64,000 bases of DNA from Nageia nagi. Its lineage: Eukaryota > Plantae > Pinophyta. The translations under genes and the position numbers were made by a program. The stretch covers positions 152,954,001-153,018,000 of the forward strand of contig JBITNC010000001.1 in assembly GCA_050084985.1 (NCBI GenBank). Direction: 5' to 3'. The notes under the pieces are model-generated. The model saw only the letters and a program-made list of their open reading frames with translations. It ran no database searches and was not told the DNA's origin. The first letter of the stretch is position 1, and each line of letters opens with the position of its first letter. Shown here in pieces: positions 1 through 12,733 of the stretch.

Positions 1-530
1 ATTTCCATGCATATTATTCAATAATAATTAAATTTATTAATTAATTATCATTATTCATATAATTTATTTCTTTTATATTAGGTTTTAGTTCAATTTTAGA
101 CTCCTATGATAACAACTTGATAGGTAGACATGTAATCAAACCCTAATCGCTCCCAAGAAAATAACCCAAGTTTTGGTTTTCAATTTAAATTATGTTGTAG
201 TTAAAAGTAATTTGAAATTTTCCATCTCATTAAATGAAATTTGGATACAAATGTTTGCAATGTAAAGCCAATGCAGAGTTCCTTGAGTTTTAGCATAAAG
301 CATTTGCAATTATATGCAAAAATGAACAATATTCCTTTACAATGCAAATCTGCTTTCATAATATATATACAAATAATAAGAATATAGCATTCATAGTTAC
401 CATTTCCATACAGAAATAAATTTTCATTAATGATTACATAATATTAAACTAGAATGCAAAGTATATGTATTATTTTAAATGATTCTATAGGCTTGACTAT
501 GTAAACTAGCAATAATCAAAGTTAAAGGAG

Positions 531-1049
531 TGTTCATGAAACCCTACTTACCCAATAGTTTAGCCAAAACTAGTTAAACATCCAAGACTTAGGTAATAGC
601 TACCTATGCTCAAGAAGACATAGAAACACCCAAGTATCACCTACACACAAGTTCCAGAACTCCCACTCCAAGTTGAATGATACTAAGAAAGATCTCTCAA
701 GAAGAGGAATATCTTCTTACAATATATCAATATGGAGGGATAACAAAATACATATTTTTATAGTAAAAAGTATACCATTGGAGGAAATACCATAGCCTAG
801 ATAAAGCCCTATATTTTCATAGTACAATGTGAGAAATCACTACAAAATAATCCTCAAATAAAATAATCATGAAGGTTGTACTTCCTATCAAGACTCCTCC
901 CACAAATAACAAAAGGGAGCTCAACAAACCACTCCTAAACATCATGATGATGAAACTCCAATAGAACATTCCCTCATGAGACCTCTCAACAACTACCAAA
1001 AGCACTACAAGATACAATGGAATATTTTCTTTAGGGTTTCAACATAACA
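531..1049 (-). repeat. Probable LTR remnant (unclassified)
   Basis: Ends tgttcatgaaacccta (531) and tagggtttcaacataaca (to 1049) are imperfect inverted repeats with TG...CA. The adjacent ttccttctcaa reads as a PPT-like tract on the minus strand. No TSD or partner LTR found. Confidence 0.3.
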
Positions 1050-1061
1050 TTCCTTCTCAAC

Positions 1062-1522
1062 TGTGATCCAAGGGCCATGTGGTGTTATCCATTCCCTTCC
1101 TTCTAGCACCCACCTATTTAGTCAAATACAAATATTATATTGTTTTCCAAAGTCCACCATGGTATTAGTTTCAATATATAGGAACTTAGGTTAGTATACC
1201 TTTTAGCTTAGTCTTAGGATAGTATTAGGTAAATAGAGTTGAGTTAGGTTTTAGAATATAGTCTAGGTTTAGATTAGGGTATTTAATCATAAGGAAACAC
1301 AATCACATTCTTATCGTAATGTTAGCAACTATTTGCTAATCCCTCTTTCAATTTATTTTTGTAGATTTAATACATCTAAATGTAGAAAATAACATTATCA
1401 CCTTGATCAAGATCCAACTTGAATTGATAGTCTTCTAAGTTTTTCCCCAAACCCTGCATAAAAGTTCATACAATCTAGATCTATAATTGAAAGAAAAAAA
1501 GGGAAAAGGGTGGTATGCAACA
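1062..1522 (-). repeat. 3' LTR (partial) of the Tekay-like element
   Basis: Colinear with ~12262-12733 (atccaagggcca...ggtatgcaaca vs atccaagggcca...ggtatgtgaga). The left half is not recognisable. Confidence 0.85.
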
Positions 1523-1574
1523 TACTTGCCCTCTAGGATTAGAATCAATTCCCTAAATTTGCATTTGTACTGAG

Positions 1575-1724
1575 AAATAAATCAGGAAATTATTATCTCA
1601 TGTTACTAACATCTTCCCAAGTAGCATAATTTTCAAAATAAAGATTCCATTGCACCTTGCATTCTTGAATCTTTTAATTTTTGAGCATCCTTGAGAACAA
1701 ATCCAAAATTTTCATAGGTTTAAC
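1575..1724 (-). pseudogene. Chromodomain at the integrase C-terminus
   Basis: Minus-strand translation VKPMKILDLFSRMLKN*KIQECKVQWNLYFENYATWEDVSNMR**FPDLF matches the plant chromovirus chromodomain pattern (P..ILD...VKVxW...ATWE...PxLF). Confidence 0.85.
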
Positions 1725-4240
1725 TTCTACAGAAAAGGATTATATCATTTGAAGTTTATCTACATTGCAAATATAGTTAGGATCTAGTACATACTTATTT
1801 AAGAGTGACACATGAAACACATATGCATATTTGATATGTTTGAAGGTAGTTCTAACTTGTAAACTACTGGATTGACTCTTTTAAGGATAGTAAAGGATCA
1901 AATGTATGTAACTACAAGTTTAATATATTTGATTGCACTTTTTATAAGATTGAATCTTAAGAACACCTTATTTCCTTCTTGAAACTCTATGATAGTTATT
2001 TTAAGGCTTACAAAACTTGTATTCCTATTTTATGCTTCTTTCAACTTCTGTTGAATATTTTTAAGTTGTATCTCCATTTCATGCAAAATTTTTGGTTTAG
2101 TGGAGATTATATCCTTAATATTATTCTAAAAAAATGTATTTTATACATCTTTAACCATATAATACCTCAAATGCTACCATGCTTAATGATACTTAAAAAG
2201 AATTATTGTGAGAAAAATCTATAAGGTGAAGATAGTCTTTCCATTTAGTAGGAGATTACATGCAGTACATATGAAGCATATCTTTTAGAATTTGATTTAT
2301 CCTCTTAGTTTTACCATCTATTTTAGGATGATATAATGAGCTAAAATTCAATTTAGTACCTACTTATTTATGCAAATTTTGAGATAAAAGTTTCTAGAAA
2401 ATAATGCCACTTAAAAATCTCTTTCATGAACTTATGACCAATCACTACTACATCATTAGTAGGATTACCAAGTATGAAATAAGCTATATTAGTGAGTACA
2501 TCCATTGTCACAAAGATTGAATTATTATTGAACCAAGTTTTGGGTAGTCAACAATAAAATCTATACTTATCGATTTCCATTTTTGATATGGTATCTCAAG
2601 AGGATGAAGACCACTAGTAGGTCTAATACTTTTAGTTTTAACCTTTTGATACTCTAAGCATTTTTCTACATAATCGATAATATATTTTTTCATACCTAGC
2701 TAATAATATTATTTCTTAATATTATCTCTCATTTTAATGAAAGCTAGATGTGTACAAAAAGGTGTAAAGTGGTATTCATACATAATTTACTTTCTCATGT
2801 TGCCTTCATGAGGTATGACTATTCTATTACCAAAATACAATAGTACATTATTTTTAGCAAGAAAACCCTATTGCAAACCTTGATGAATTCTTTTCTTTTG
2901 ATTAGTGCAAAATGTGTGTCTACATTGGTACCTATTAACCTTTTCTTTTAAATCTAATTTATAGCTAGACATAGCTAATACAATTTGTCTTTTTATGCTT
3001 AAGATGTAAACAACCTTGTTTTCTTTGCCTTTTATATACTGAATCTGCATGTTATATTCAGAATTCCATCCATTGATGCTATCTAGCATTTAAGGTAGGT
3101 TATGTGAATAAATGTTACAAAATATAATGATCAATTTTCAAACAAACATACCTTCCTGATAGATAATGGTACCATATTTTGAGAGCATGCATAATTGTTG
3201 CTAACTAAAGATCATGTATGGGGTAATTCTTTTCATGATCTTTCAAATTTCATGATTCATAGTATATAACCAAACATTCCTTCATAAAGACACCTCCAAG
3301 GTCTTTTAAGAAAGCATCAATACAAATTGTCAACTCTTTTTTAGGATCAAATAGTTTGATTAATAAAATTAAAGTCTAAATCACACTTTTTATTTCATAT
3401 AAAATTCTTACCCTTGCTCTAAACTTGAGTAATTGTATAGGCTATTTTGGAGAAATATTTTACAAATTTTTTGTAATAACCTACTAGACCCATAAATATT
3501 TGAATTTCTAAAATATTAGAGGGAACTAACCAATCATAAATTACCTCAATATTATTGGAATCCATTGCTAAACCTTTAGCAAAAATGATACCTAAGGTAC
3601 TAAACATGAGAAGTGAAAAATTCATATTTGGATAATTTCGAGTGTCAATCTTAAAATATTTTTCATGCTCTTCTTGCTTTATGGAATATGTCAAGAAATC
3701 ATATTTGGAATATATCAAGAAATCATCAATATAAACTAAAACAAACTTATTCAAATATTCTATAAAAATATTATTCATTAAGTTCATAAATGTTGTTACC
3801 GTATTTTTCAAACAAAAGGGTAACATGGTAAACTCATTGTGTCCATACTGAGTTCTAAAGGCTATCTAAAATGTATCTTGATCTTTGATCTTTTACTAAT
3901 GGTACCCAAACTTAAGATCAATTTTTGAAAATACACATGCACCTTTAAGTTAATAAAATAAATTATCTATCCTTAGCAATCGATAATGATTTTTGATGGT
4001 TAACTTATTTAACATCCTGCAATCAAAATAGAGTCTCAACATTTTATCTTTCTTTTTGAAAAACTAAACTAGAGCTCCATAAGATGACCCACTAGGTGTA
4101 ATCAAAACTTTATCTAAGACTTCTTACAAATGTAACTTAAGATCTTGCATTTACAAAGTAATCATTTGCTAAGGTGTTATAGACATAGGTTTAGCCTCTA
4201 GTTTTAATTCAATCAAAAAATTAGATTCTCTTATTGGTGG
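1725..4240 (-). pseudogene. Gypsy pol remnant: RT, RNase H, integrase
   Basis: RT: PF..KN...FMNLMN..VLVYIDDFLIYSK, FMGLVGYYKKFV (ORF 3419-3826). RNase H: NYPIHDL..IMHALKIWYHYL and YIKGKENKV. Integrase: KCLEYQKVK, WKSISIDFIV (ORF 2508-2693). Many stops and frameshifts. Confidence 0.9.
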
Positions 4241-4711
4241 TGAAGTATTTGGAGATGTTAAAACAAATTAAGATATTGAAATTCCCTAAAATTCATGCTA
4301 ATTATCTTATTATTATACTCTCTATATAAGACTCAATGTGGTATATATTGGTTAGTTCTATGTGTAACTAGCTAATCGATTAGTCCTTCAATCAACCATC
4401 CTAGTGACTAGTTGTGTTTTTTGAGTTTTACTAAAAGTTGTTCTCTTTTCATTTCTTTCCCTCATTTTTATTTTTCAATAATGTGAAGTGAACAATCTAG
4501 GTCACCCATGGCCTATAGAATGTATTTAGGTATTGTTTTAAGATTTTATAAGTAGTTGGTGTGTGTTATCAATAATCTAATGCAAGTTCATGATGTTATG
4601 TAAAATTCTAAGCATCCATTGATGAATGCATTCTACCTTTGAGTTGTAGAACTATTTTTAGTTGTGAATTTCTTGAGTAATTTAGTTTATTATTTGCATT
4701 AATTAACTTCA
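4241..4711 (+). repeat. Copia 5' LTR
   Basis: TGAAG...CTTCA terminal inverted repeat, followed by the PBS. Colinear with 9505-9947. Confidence 0.9.
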
Positions 4712-4777
4712 TTTGGTATTAGAGATTTATTAGATCATATTGGATTTAAGAAGTTATCTAGGAAGAGAAAAGAAGAC

Positions 4778-7700
4778 ATGGCAAGCAACTCCAATGCAAT
4801 CCCTATTCTAGAATTTGATGGAATTGATTATGACTACTATAGCATCCAGATGAAGACTCTCTTAAAGGGAAGAGGCTACTACAACATTTTAGATATTGGG
4901 TATATTTATCCCACTAATTGGAGTACCTTGAGTGTAGATGCAAAGAAGGATATACAAGAGAAAGAGAAGCATAATTCCATGGCTTTTTCCTTCATCTAAG
5001 CATCTCTAGACAAGAGCATTTTGTCCAAAATATTAGCTTATGTCTTAGCACAAGAAGCATGGGCAACATCAATAGAAGGCTACCAAGGGAGCCTTAAGGT
5101 GAAAGAAGTAACAATTCAAACATTGATAAGGGAGTTTGAGAATTTGAAATAGGAAGAGAAGGAGACTATTGGATATTACTGTGTAAGAGTGAAAGCCATA
5201 GTCAATAAAATGGCCACTCTTGAATAAAATATAGAGAAGGAGGTAGTCATTAAGAAGGTTTGAAGAACCTTAATAGAGAGATATGACCATGTTGCACTCA
5301 TTATTGAAGAAATAAAGGACTTCTCAACCATGGAAATTGAAAATTTAATTGGATTTCTTACATCATATGAAGAGAGAGTTTTGAAGAGAATAAAAATAGT
5401 AGCAAGCAACAGTGATGAGCAAACATTTTCCATAAAAAGAGAAACAAGGAGAAGGAAGAGGTTCAAGAGGAAGAGATGGATTCAAAAGAGGAGGAATAAG
5501 ACACTCTTTTGGAAGAGAAAGAGGAATATAACATAATACAAAAAATGAACCAACATTTGCATCAAGGGGGAGACACTCTAGAAGAGGAGGTAGAGGTAAA
5601 CATAAGAGAAATTTGCAATGTTTTTATTCTAATAAATTTGGTCATATTAAGTATGAATGCAGGATGAAATAAGTACATGAAGGTAAATAAGCTCACTATG
5701 GAAAAGAAGTGCATGTATATGGTGAAGAACAATTATTTTATTTCAATTATAGCCCCTCAAAAGCTTGAATATGAAACTTGGATCTTGGATAGTGGGTGCT
5801 CAAACCACATGACTAGTGAGAAGTCCCTACTCTTCTCAATTGATTACTCCTACAAGTCAAGTGTGAGATTGGGAGATGCAAAGATATTATAGATTGTTGG
5901 AAAAGAAGAGATGCATGTTCCAACAAAGAAGAAAACTATGAAGGTAAAAGATATTTATTATACTCCATATTTGAGACAAAGTTTGTTAAGTATTGACCAA
6001 ATGCTAGAAAAGAACTACAAATTAGTGTTTGAGGATAAGATGTGCAATATATACGATAAAAACCATGGTGTGATTCTTATTAGTATTTTTCACATGAATA
6101 CAAATAAACTCTTTATAGTAAAGTTTCTTGAGAAGGATGGAGGCTTTGTATTTGTGAGAATTGAAGACAAAAATGCACTTTGGCATATGAGGCTTGGACA
6201 CTTCAATTTTAAAAGTTTGAAGACTCTTCCAACAATAGTGAGAGGGATGCCATAAATAAAATATTGTAAAGATATGTATGAAGGATGTGCACTTATAAAG
6301 CAAGCAAGGAGCAAGTTTCTAAAGGAGTAAGCATAAAGATCCAAACACCCACTCCAATTGGTCCATATAAACATTTGTGAGCCTATGCAAACTCAATGTT
6401 TTATTGAATCTTCTTACTTTATCCTTTTCATTGATTATTTGACTAGAATATGTTGGTGTTATTTCATAAAGAGTAAGGATGAAGCATTTGATTCTTTTAA
6501 GGAGTTTAAAACTTTTGTTGGAAAGCAAAGTGGGCATAATGTGAAGTATTTGAGATGTGGAAAATCTATGAATAAAACCATGGTGGAAGGGTTGTTACTA
6601 CTATTCACATGAATAAAAATAAACTCTTTATAGTAAAGTTTCTTGAGAAGGATATAAGCTTTGTATTTGTGAGAATTGAATACAAAAATGCATCTTGGCA
6701 TATGAGGCTTGGACACTTGAATTTTCAAAGTTTGAAGACTCTTCCAATAATGGTGAGAGAGATACCACAAGTAGAAGATTGTAAAGATATGTATGAAGGA
6801 TGTGAACTTAACAAGCAATCAAGGAGCAAGTTTCCAAAATAATAAGCATAGAAATCTGAACATCCTCTCCATTTGGTCCATACCAACATTTATGGGCCTA
6901 TGAAAACTCAAAGTTTTAGTAAATCATATTATGTTATCATTTTCATTAATGATTTCACTAGAATGTGTTAGGCTTATTTCATCAAGAGTAAGGATGAAGC
7001 ATTTGACTATTTTAAGGAGTTTAAAACTTTTTTTCAATAGCAAAGTAGGCATAATGTGAAGTATTTTTGAAGTGATAGAGAAGGAGAATACTATAGCAAT
7101 GAATTATTTCCCTTTTGTAAAGAAAATGGAATTAGAAGACATCTTACCTCCCCCTACATACCACAAAAAAATGGTGTAGCAGAAAGGAAAAATAGGACAT
7201 TGGTTGAGAGGGCTAGAAGCATGTGCAAAGCAAGAAATTATCCAATATTTATTGGGCTGAAGTAATAAGAACAACTATGTATAGTTTGAATAGGTATCTT
7301 ATAAGAAGCTTGGATAAAATTACTCCCTATGAAGCTTGGTTTGAAAGAAAACCAAATTTGGAAAACTTGAGAGTATATTGTTGTCTTGCATATGTGCACA
7401 CAAATTATGAAAAAAGGGGAAGTTCGATGCCAAATTTGAAGCTTATGTGTTTATAGGATATTGTGAGAATTCAAAGGATTACAAATTTTATAATCCTAGT
7501 ACCCACAAGAAAATTGTGTCTAGAGATGCCATTTTTGATAAAGGGGGAGAATATAGTAACAAAAAATTACAACATAAAGTTTTTAAAGATGTGAACTTGG
7601 ATGAAAAAATTGTATCAAAAAAAGAGTAGGCCATTAATTTTGTGACAAAAAGAAAAAGTACAACCATAAAATGTGAGTGTTTGAAGCTCACTAAGACCCT

Positions 7701-9440
7701 CTACCTCCACTATAACATCAACAAATGTGAGTACACCAAGCTCACCCAATACTAGGATGATGGCTAAAGGTAACAAAGGTAAGAGATGGTTGAAGGATCA
7801 TCCATTAAGTCAAATCATAGATGATAACACTATGAGTAAAATTATGTCTCAAAATCAAAAAATGCAAAAGTTGTAAGACTAGAGAACATCTAGTTTTATG
7901 GAGATGAAGATAGCAAATAGCCCAAAGGTGAAATGGTAAATTATGCACTTTATTCCTCTATTTCAGATTTTGTTTTAAATGCTACTATAATTGAGCCATA
8001 TTATTATGAAAAAGCTTATTCTAATGATGTTTGGATGCAAGCTATGAAAGAGGATATTGATTGTATTGAGAGGAATGATACTTTCAAACCTTTTGATTTG
8101 CCCAAAGGTAAAAAGGTTGTTGGTTCCAAGTGGGTGTACAAAAGAAAATGTAAGAGTGATGGGAGCATTAGAAGGTACAAAGAAAGGCTAGTGGAAAAAG
8201 GATTCACACAAAAATTTGGTATGGATTTCAAGAAAATATTTACATGGTTGCAAGGTAAAAAATAATAAGATTAGTGCTCTCTTTGGCTGGAAGAAAAAGT
8301 TGGATAGTCCAACATATGGATGTGAAGAGTATCTTTCTAAATGGGTTCATCTATGAAGAGGTGTAAATAATACAACCTCAAGGTTTTGAGGTACAAGAAA
8401 GAGAAGACCATGTGTACAAAGTCAAGAAAGCATTGTATGGGCTGAAACAAGATTCAAGAGCTTGGTATACAAGAATTGATGGATACTTCAAAAGTGTGGG
8501 CTTTCAAAGAAGTGTAAGTGATCCTACCTTCTATTTTAAGAAAGATAGATATGATATTTTGATTGTTTATTTATATATAGATGATTTAATCTTCATGGGA
8601 ATCAATAGAAAGATGAATGAAGATTTCAAAACTCAAATGTTGGTTGAGTTTGAAATGAAAGATATTGGTTTGATGATGTACTTTCTTTGGTTGGAGGTGT
8701 ATCAAACAAAATAAGAGATCTTTCTGTCACAACCCAAATATGCACATGATATGCTAAAGAAGTTCAAAATGGATAATTGCATACCTATTTCAACACCTAA
8801 AACCCATGGAAAACATTTTTGCAAAGAATATGGAGAACCAAAAGTGAACAAAAAATAGTATAGGAGCATTGCTAGAACCCTTATGTTTTTAACAAACATA
8901 AGGCTAGATTTACAATTCAATATTTCATTAGTTGTAAGGTACATGAGAGATCCATCCATTATTTTTCTCAAGGAAATGAAGAGAATCCTCTTATATATGA
9001 ATGGAACAATCAATTTTAGAATACATTATACATGTAATTCCAAGTTCAAACTCATATGTTTCAGTGATAGTGATTGAATTAGCAATTTAGATGATAGAAA
9101 AAGCACATGTGGGAATTATTTCTCTCTTGGATTAGGTTTGGTATCATTGAGCTCTAGAAAATAATACATTGTAGCTCTTTCAAGTATTAAAGTTGAGTAT
9201 GTAGTTGTAACAAGTGCTTTAATATAAGCATTATGGTTGAAGAAGGTGTTGAAAGAGATTGGAGAGGATAAAAATCATGAAACTATAATTTTTTGTGACA
9301 AACAAAGTGCCATTAAGTTGGCACAAAACCATTTCCATAATTCTAAAATAAAGAATTTCAATTTAAAGAATCATTTCATCAAGGATTTAGGTATTGTCCA
9401 ACACAAGATCAAGTGGTCAATATATTCACTAAATCCATGA
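4778..9440 (+). pseudogene. Copia gag-pol pseudogene
   Basis: Gag N-terminus (IPILEFDGIDYDYYSIQMKTLL), zinc knuckle CFYSNKFGHIKYEC (~5618), protease WILDSGCSNHMT, GAG-pre-integrase LWHMRLGHFN, integrase (HINICEPM, PYEAWFERKP), RT (SKWVYK..RYKERLVEKGFTQ, KKALYGLKQ, YLYIDDLI), RNase H (FSDSD, IIFCDKQSAI). Confidence 0.95.
6038..7074 (+). repeat. ~515-bp tandem duplication inside copia pol (pre-integrase plus integrase N-terminus)
   Basis: 6038-6552 and 6553-7074 are colinear. ORFs 5911-6255 and 6609-6842 share NKLFIVKFLEKD...WHMRLGH.NF.SLKTLP. Confidence 0.9.
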
Positions 9441-9504
9441 CAAAATCTTAATTTGTGTTGCTAAGAGACTTGATTGTTTGTCCTTTTATTAGAAAGGGGG
9501 AGTA

Positions 9505-9947
9505 TGAAGGCTTTGGAGATGTTAAAACAACTTAAGACATTAAAATTCCACAAAAGTTTTTCTTACAATCTTATTCTTCTACTCTTTATGTAAGAACTAG
9601 TTTGCTACAGATTGGTTAGTTCTACATGTAATTGGCCCACCAACTAGTTTTGTTTTCTAAGGTTTACTAAAACTTGTTGTCTCTTCATTTATTTCCCTCA
9701 TTTTTATCTTTCAAAAATGTGAAGTGAATAGCTCAATTTTCCCATAGTCTATAGAATGTATTTAGGTATTGTTTCAAGATTTTGTAAGTAGTTGGTGTTT
9801 GTTATCAATAATGTAATGCAAGTTTATGGTGTTGTATAAAATTGTGAGTATCCATTGATGAATGCATTCTACCTTTGAGTTGCAAAACTATTTTCAATTG
9901 TGAATTGCTTGAGTAATATAGTTTAATATTTATATTAATTAACTTTA
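9505..9947 (+). repeat. Copia 3' LTR
   Basis: Follows the PPT; tgaagg...aacttta; colinear with 4241-4711. Confidence 0.9.
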
Positions 9948-11721
9948 GGGCATACTAGGAAGATCACTAGGAAAGATATCCTCAAATTCTTTAAGAATTA
10001 GAGACTACTAAAAAGGATCAAGTTCCTCTTTTTGGTCATCATTATGCACTATAACCATAAAAAGTTGACACTTTCATTTTTGCCAATTTTAAAAATTGTA
10101 TAGCTAACAAGGGATGAATGCAAAAGTCTTTGTTAACACTATGCAATATTACCTTATTACTACTATTACTAACAACCTTAACTATTTTTTCAAGAATATT
10201 TACCTTTGCTTTTGCTTGATGCAGCTAATCCATACCCATAATTACTTCATAAGAAGGTAAAGGTATCACATGAAGGTGTATTTTTTATTCATAGTTTGGC
10301 AAAATCATATCAATGTTAGGTAGAAATTTACTAACTCTACGTAAATAACTTGGATCAAATTCTACATTCCAAGAGTTTTGCATGTTTTTAGGTTTAATAG
10401 TTAGTTTATCAAGAATATAGGATCACACAAAACATTTTGTTGCATCATAGCCAATCAAAATAGACTTATTGTTCATAGAGATTATCTTTTAGAACAATGG
10501 TGGAGGCTTGATTATTAGTTACTTCCCTTCTAGATATTACAAAAATGTAGTGTTTTTGTCTTAGATTATCAATCAATCCTTCCCTGCTTGGGCATTGAGC
10601 CTTGTAATGTTTACCTCCACAAAAAATATCTAGCTTTAGGATAATTGGATCTATTAGGGTCCTTTTGGTTGCCACCTGGTTCAATGGGTTTATTTCATTT
10701 TGCATCTATTCCAAATTCATTTTTGTAGAAGTGCTTTTTCCCACCCTTACCCTACTCATTTTGAGGTATTTAACAATGTTTATCATTTTTCTTTTGATTA
10801 CTATTCTATCAAGGTTGATCAAGAGTTTTCTTTATATCATAATATTTTTGTGTAGCCATATTTTCTTAGTATTGTTTTGAAGTAATTCTTCTTGATACTA
10901 AGTTTATTTCTTCTTATTTTTCCATCTCATAGGCTTCTTGTATTGATGTAGGTTTATTCAAGTTTATAGTAGTTCCAATACAAGTATCCAATCCCAAGAT
11001 GAACCTATCAATTTTTAGTTTATAATTTTTCTCAAATTTTAGCATGTACTTCATAAGTTTGATAAATTATTGATAATAATCCTTAACTATCAAGCTTTTC
11101 TATTCTATATTGAAAAATTTATTTTGTTTTCCAACATAGAATTGATTTGAAAATTACCTCTCCTAAAACAGTTTTGCAAATTTTGTCCATTTCACATCTA
11201 TAAGCAATTTTGATGCATTAGAAAGGCATATGATCCAGCACTCAAAAATAGTCTAAGAAAAGTGAAGTGTTGCAATAGTGGCTTTAGTTTGATCCCCATT
11301 TCCCCTAATGGTAAAATAAGATTCCATTTTTGTTAACTAATCCTCAACCTATTTCAAACTTTTAGCACTAAATTTGGATAGCTACAAATGCCTTAGGTAT
11401 TTATTCAATTCAGAGGTGACCTAAATCCTTTGTTGCAATAAAAGATTATCTAACATTCCTTGTTCTACCCTTCATTGAGTACTCAAATAATTGAGAAATG
11501 AGTTGTTCATTTTCTTGTAATTGTTTTCTCATTTGTTCCATTTTCATCTTTTCATGTTGGTGAGAATTTTGTATAGGAGGTTCATATTTATGATCATTAT
11601 TGGACTAAAAATTCTTAAAGGTTGATATAGAAATATTAATACTAGGAACATTATTCCTTCCCCTACACCTACCTCTTCCTTGGTTCCTATTTCCACCTAT
11701 GCCCCTTCATGTATCCACCAT
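9948..11721 (-). pseudogene. Gypsy gag and aspartic protease remnant (5' part of the Tekay-like element)
   Basis: ATG at 11721 downstream of the PBS. Degenerate zinc knuckle IFCGGKHYKAQC (ORF 10466-10705), protease-like VIMGMD*L, and EFEDIFPSDLPSMP which continues as PIRESNF on the other side of the copia. Confidence 0.8.
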
Positions 11722-11800
11722 TTTCCTTCTACAAGAGAAAAAGTCCATGGTAACCAAAGTTCAGATTTGGAATGTTCAAGAACTTGGGCTTTATACCAAA

Positions 11801-12733
11801 TATCATATACCTACTTAAAAATATATCTTAATCTTGTGAAAAATTAAACCACATATTTTTTTTCTTTTATTTGTGTTAATAAATGCAATTCATAACATGT
11901 TTAGACTTAACTTATCTTGCTATTTAAAACAATGCTACAATCAAAATGAGTTATTATGATTAGAATAACACATTCATCAATTCATTTCAAGATTATGATT
12001 TAGTAGTGGTTCATAAATGTCATCATTGTCTAATGTATGGTACATATATCATCTTAACTAGATCCATATTATATATTTTGCATTGTTGATCAATTTAACA
12101 AATTTTCATTTGTAGCAAGTTTGACTATAGCAAAGGTGATAACTTATTTTTAGTCTCAAAGTAATTGTTATCTTGCTATCAAATAACATGCAAAGGTGAA
12201 GACTTTGACATAGAGTTCTCAATGATTTGTATCAATGTAATGTTAAGATAAGTGAGAACAATTATCCAAGGGCCACATGGTGTTATCGATGCCCTTATTT
12301 CCATTATCTACCTATTTAGTCAAATACCAACATTATAATATTTTTTAGAGGCCACCATAGTATTAATTTCAATATGTATGCACTAAGGTTAGTATAGCTT
12401 TAGGTTTAGGCTTAAGATAGTGTTAGGTAAATATAGTTGATTTAGGTTTTAGAACATAGTCTAGGTTTAGACTAAGGTCATTAATCATAAGCATACACAA
12501 TCACATTCTTAGCATAATATTATTAATTCTTCTTTTTATTTATTTTTATAGGTTTAATAGATCTAAAGATAGATAATAATGTTTTCACCTTTATCAAGAT
12601 CCAACTTGAATTAAGAGCCATCCAAGTTTTTCCTCAAACCTTGCATAGAATAAGAAACTTTAGACCTTAAAGTTCATATAATATAGATTTGTAATTCAAA
12701 GAAAAACAAAAGTGCAAAGAGTGGTATGTGAGA
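11801..12733 (-). repeat. 5' LTR of the Tekay-like element
   Basis: Degenerate terminal inverted repeats tatcatatacc / ggtatgtgaga, adjacent PBS at 11788-11798, and homology to 1062-1522. Confidence 0.8.

Larger units (their letters stand above)
4241..9947 (+). mobile_element. Full-length degenerate Ty1/copia LTR retrotransposon
   Basis: LTRs 4241-4711 (tgaag...cttca) and 9505-9947. PBS tggtattagag at 4714-4724. PPT agaaagggggag at 9491-9502. Internal order gag-PR-INT-RT-RH. Confidence 0.95.
1062..12733 (-). mobile_element. Degenerate Ty3/gypsy chromovirus LTR retrotransposon (Tekay/Del-like), interrupted by a copia insertion
   Basis: Direct repeats 1062-1522 and ~12262-12733. Met-type PBS at 11788-11798 (minus strand tggtataaagc). 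PPT-like tract at 1523-1537. Minus-strand gag, protease, RT, RNase H, integrase and chromodomain remnants in gypsy order. Confidence 0.9.

Noticed and set aside
5176-9013. Several minus-strand ORFs within the copia element
   Set aside because: Antisense shadows of gag-pol with no independent motifs.
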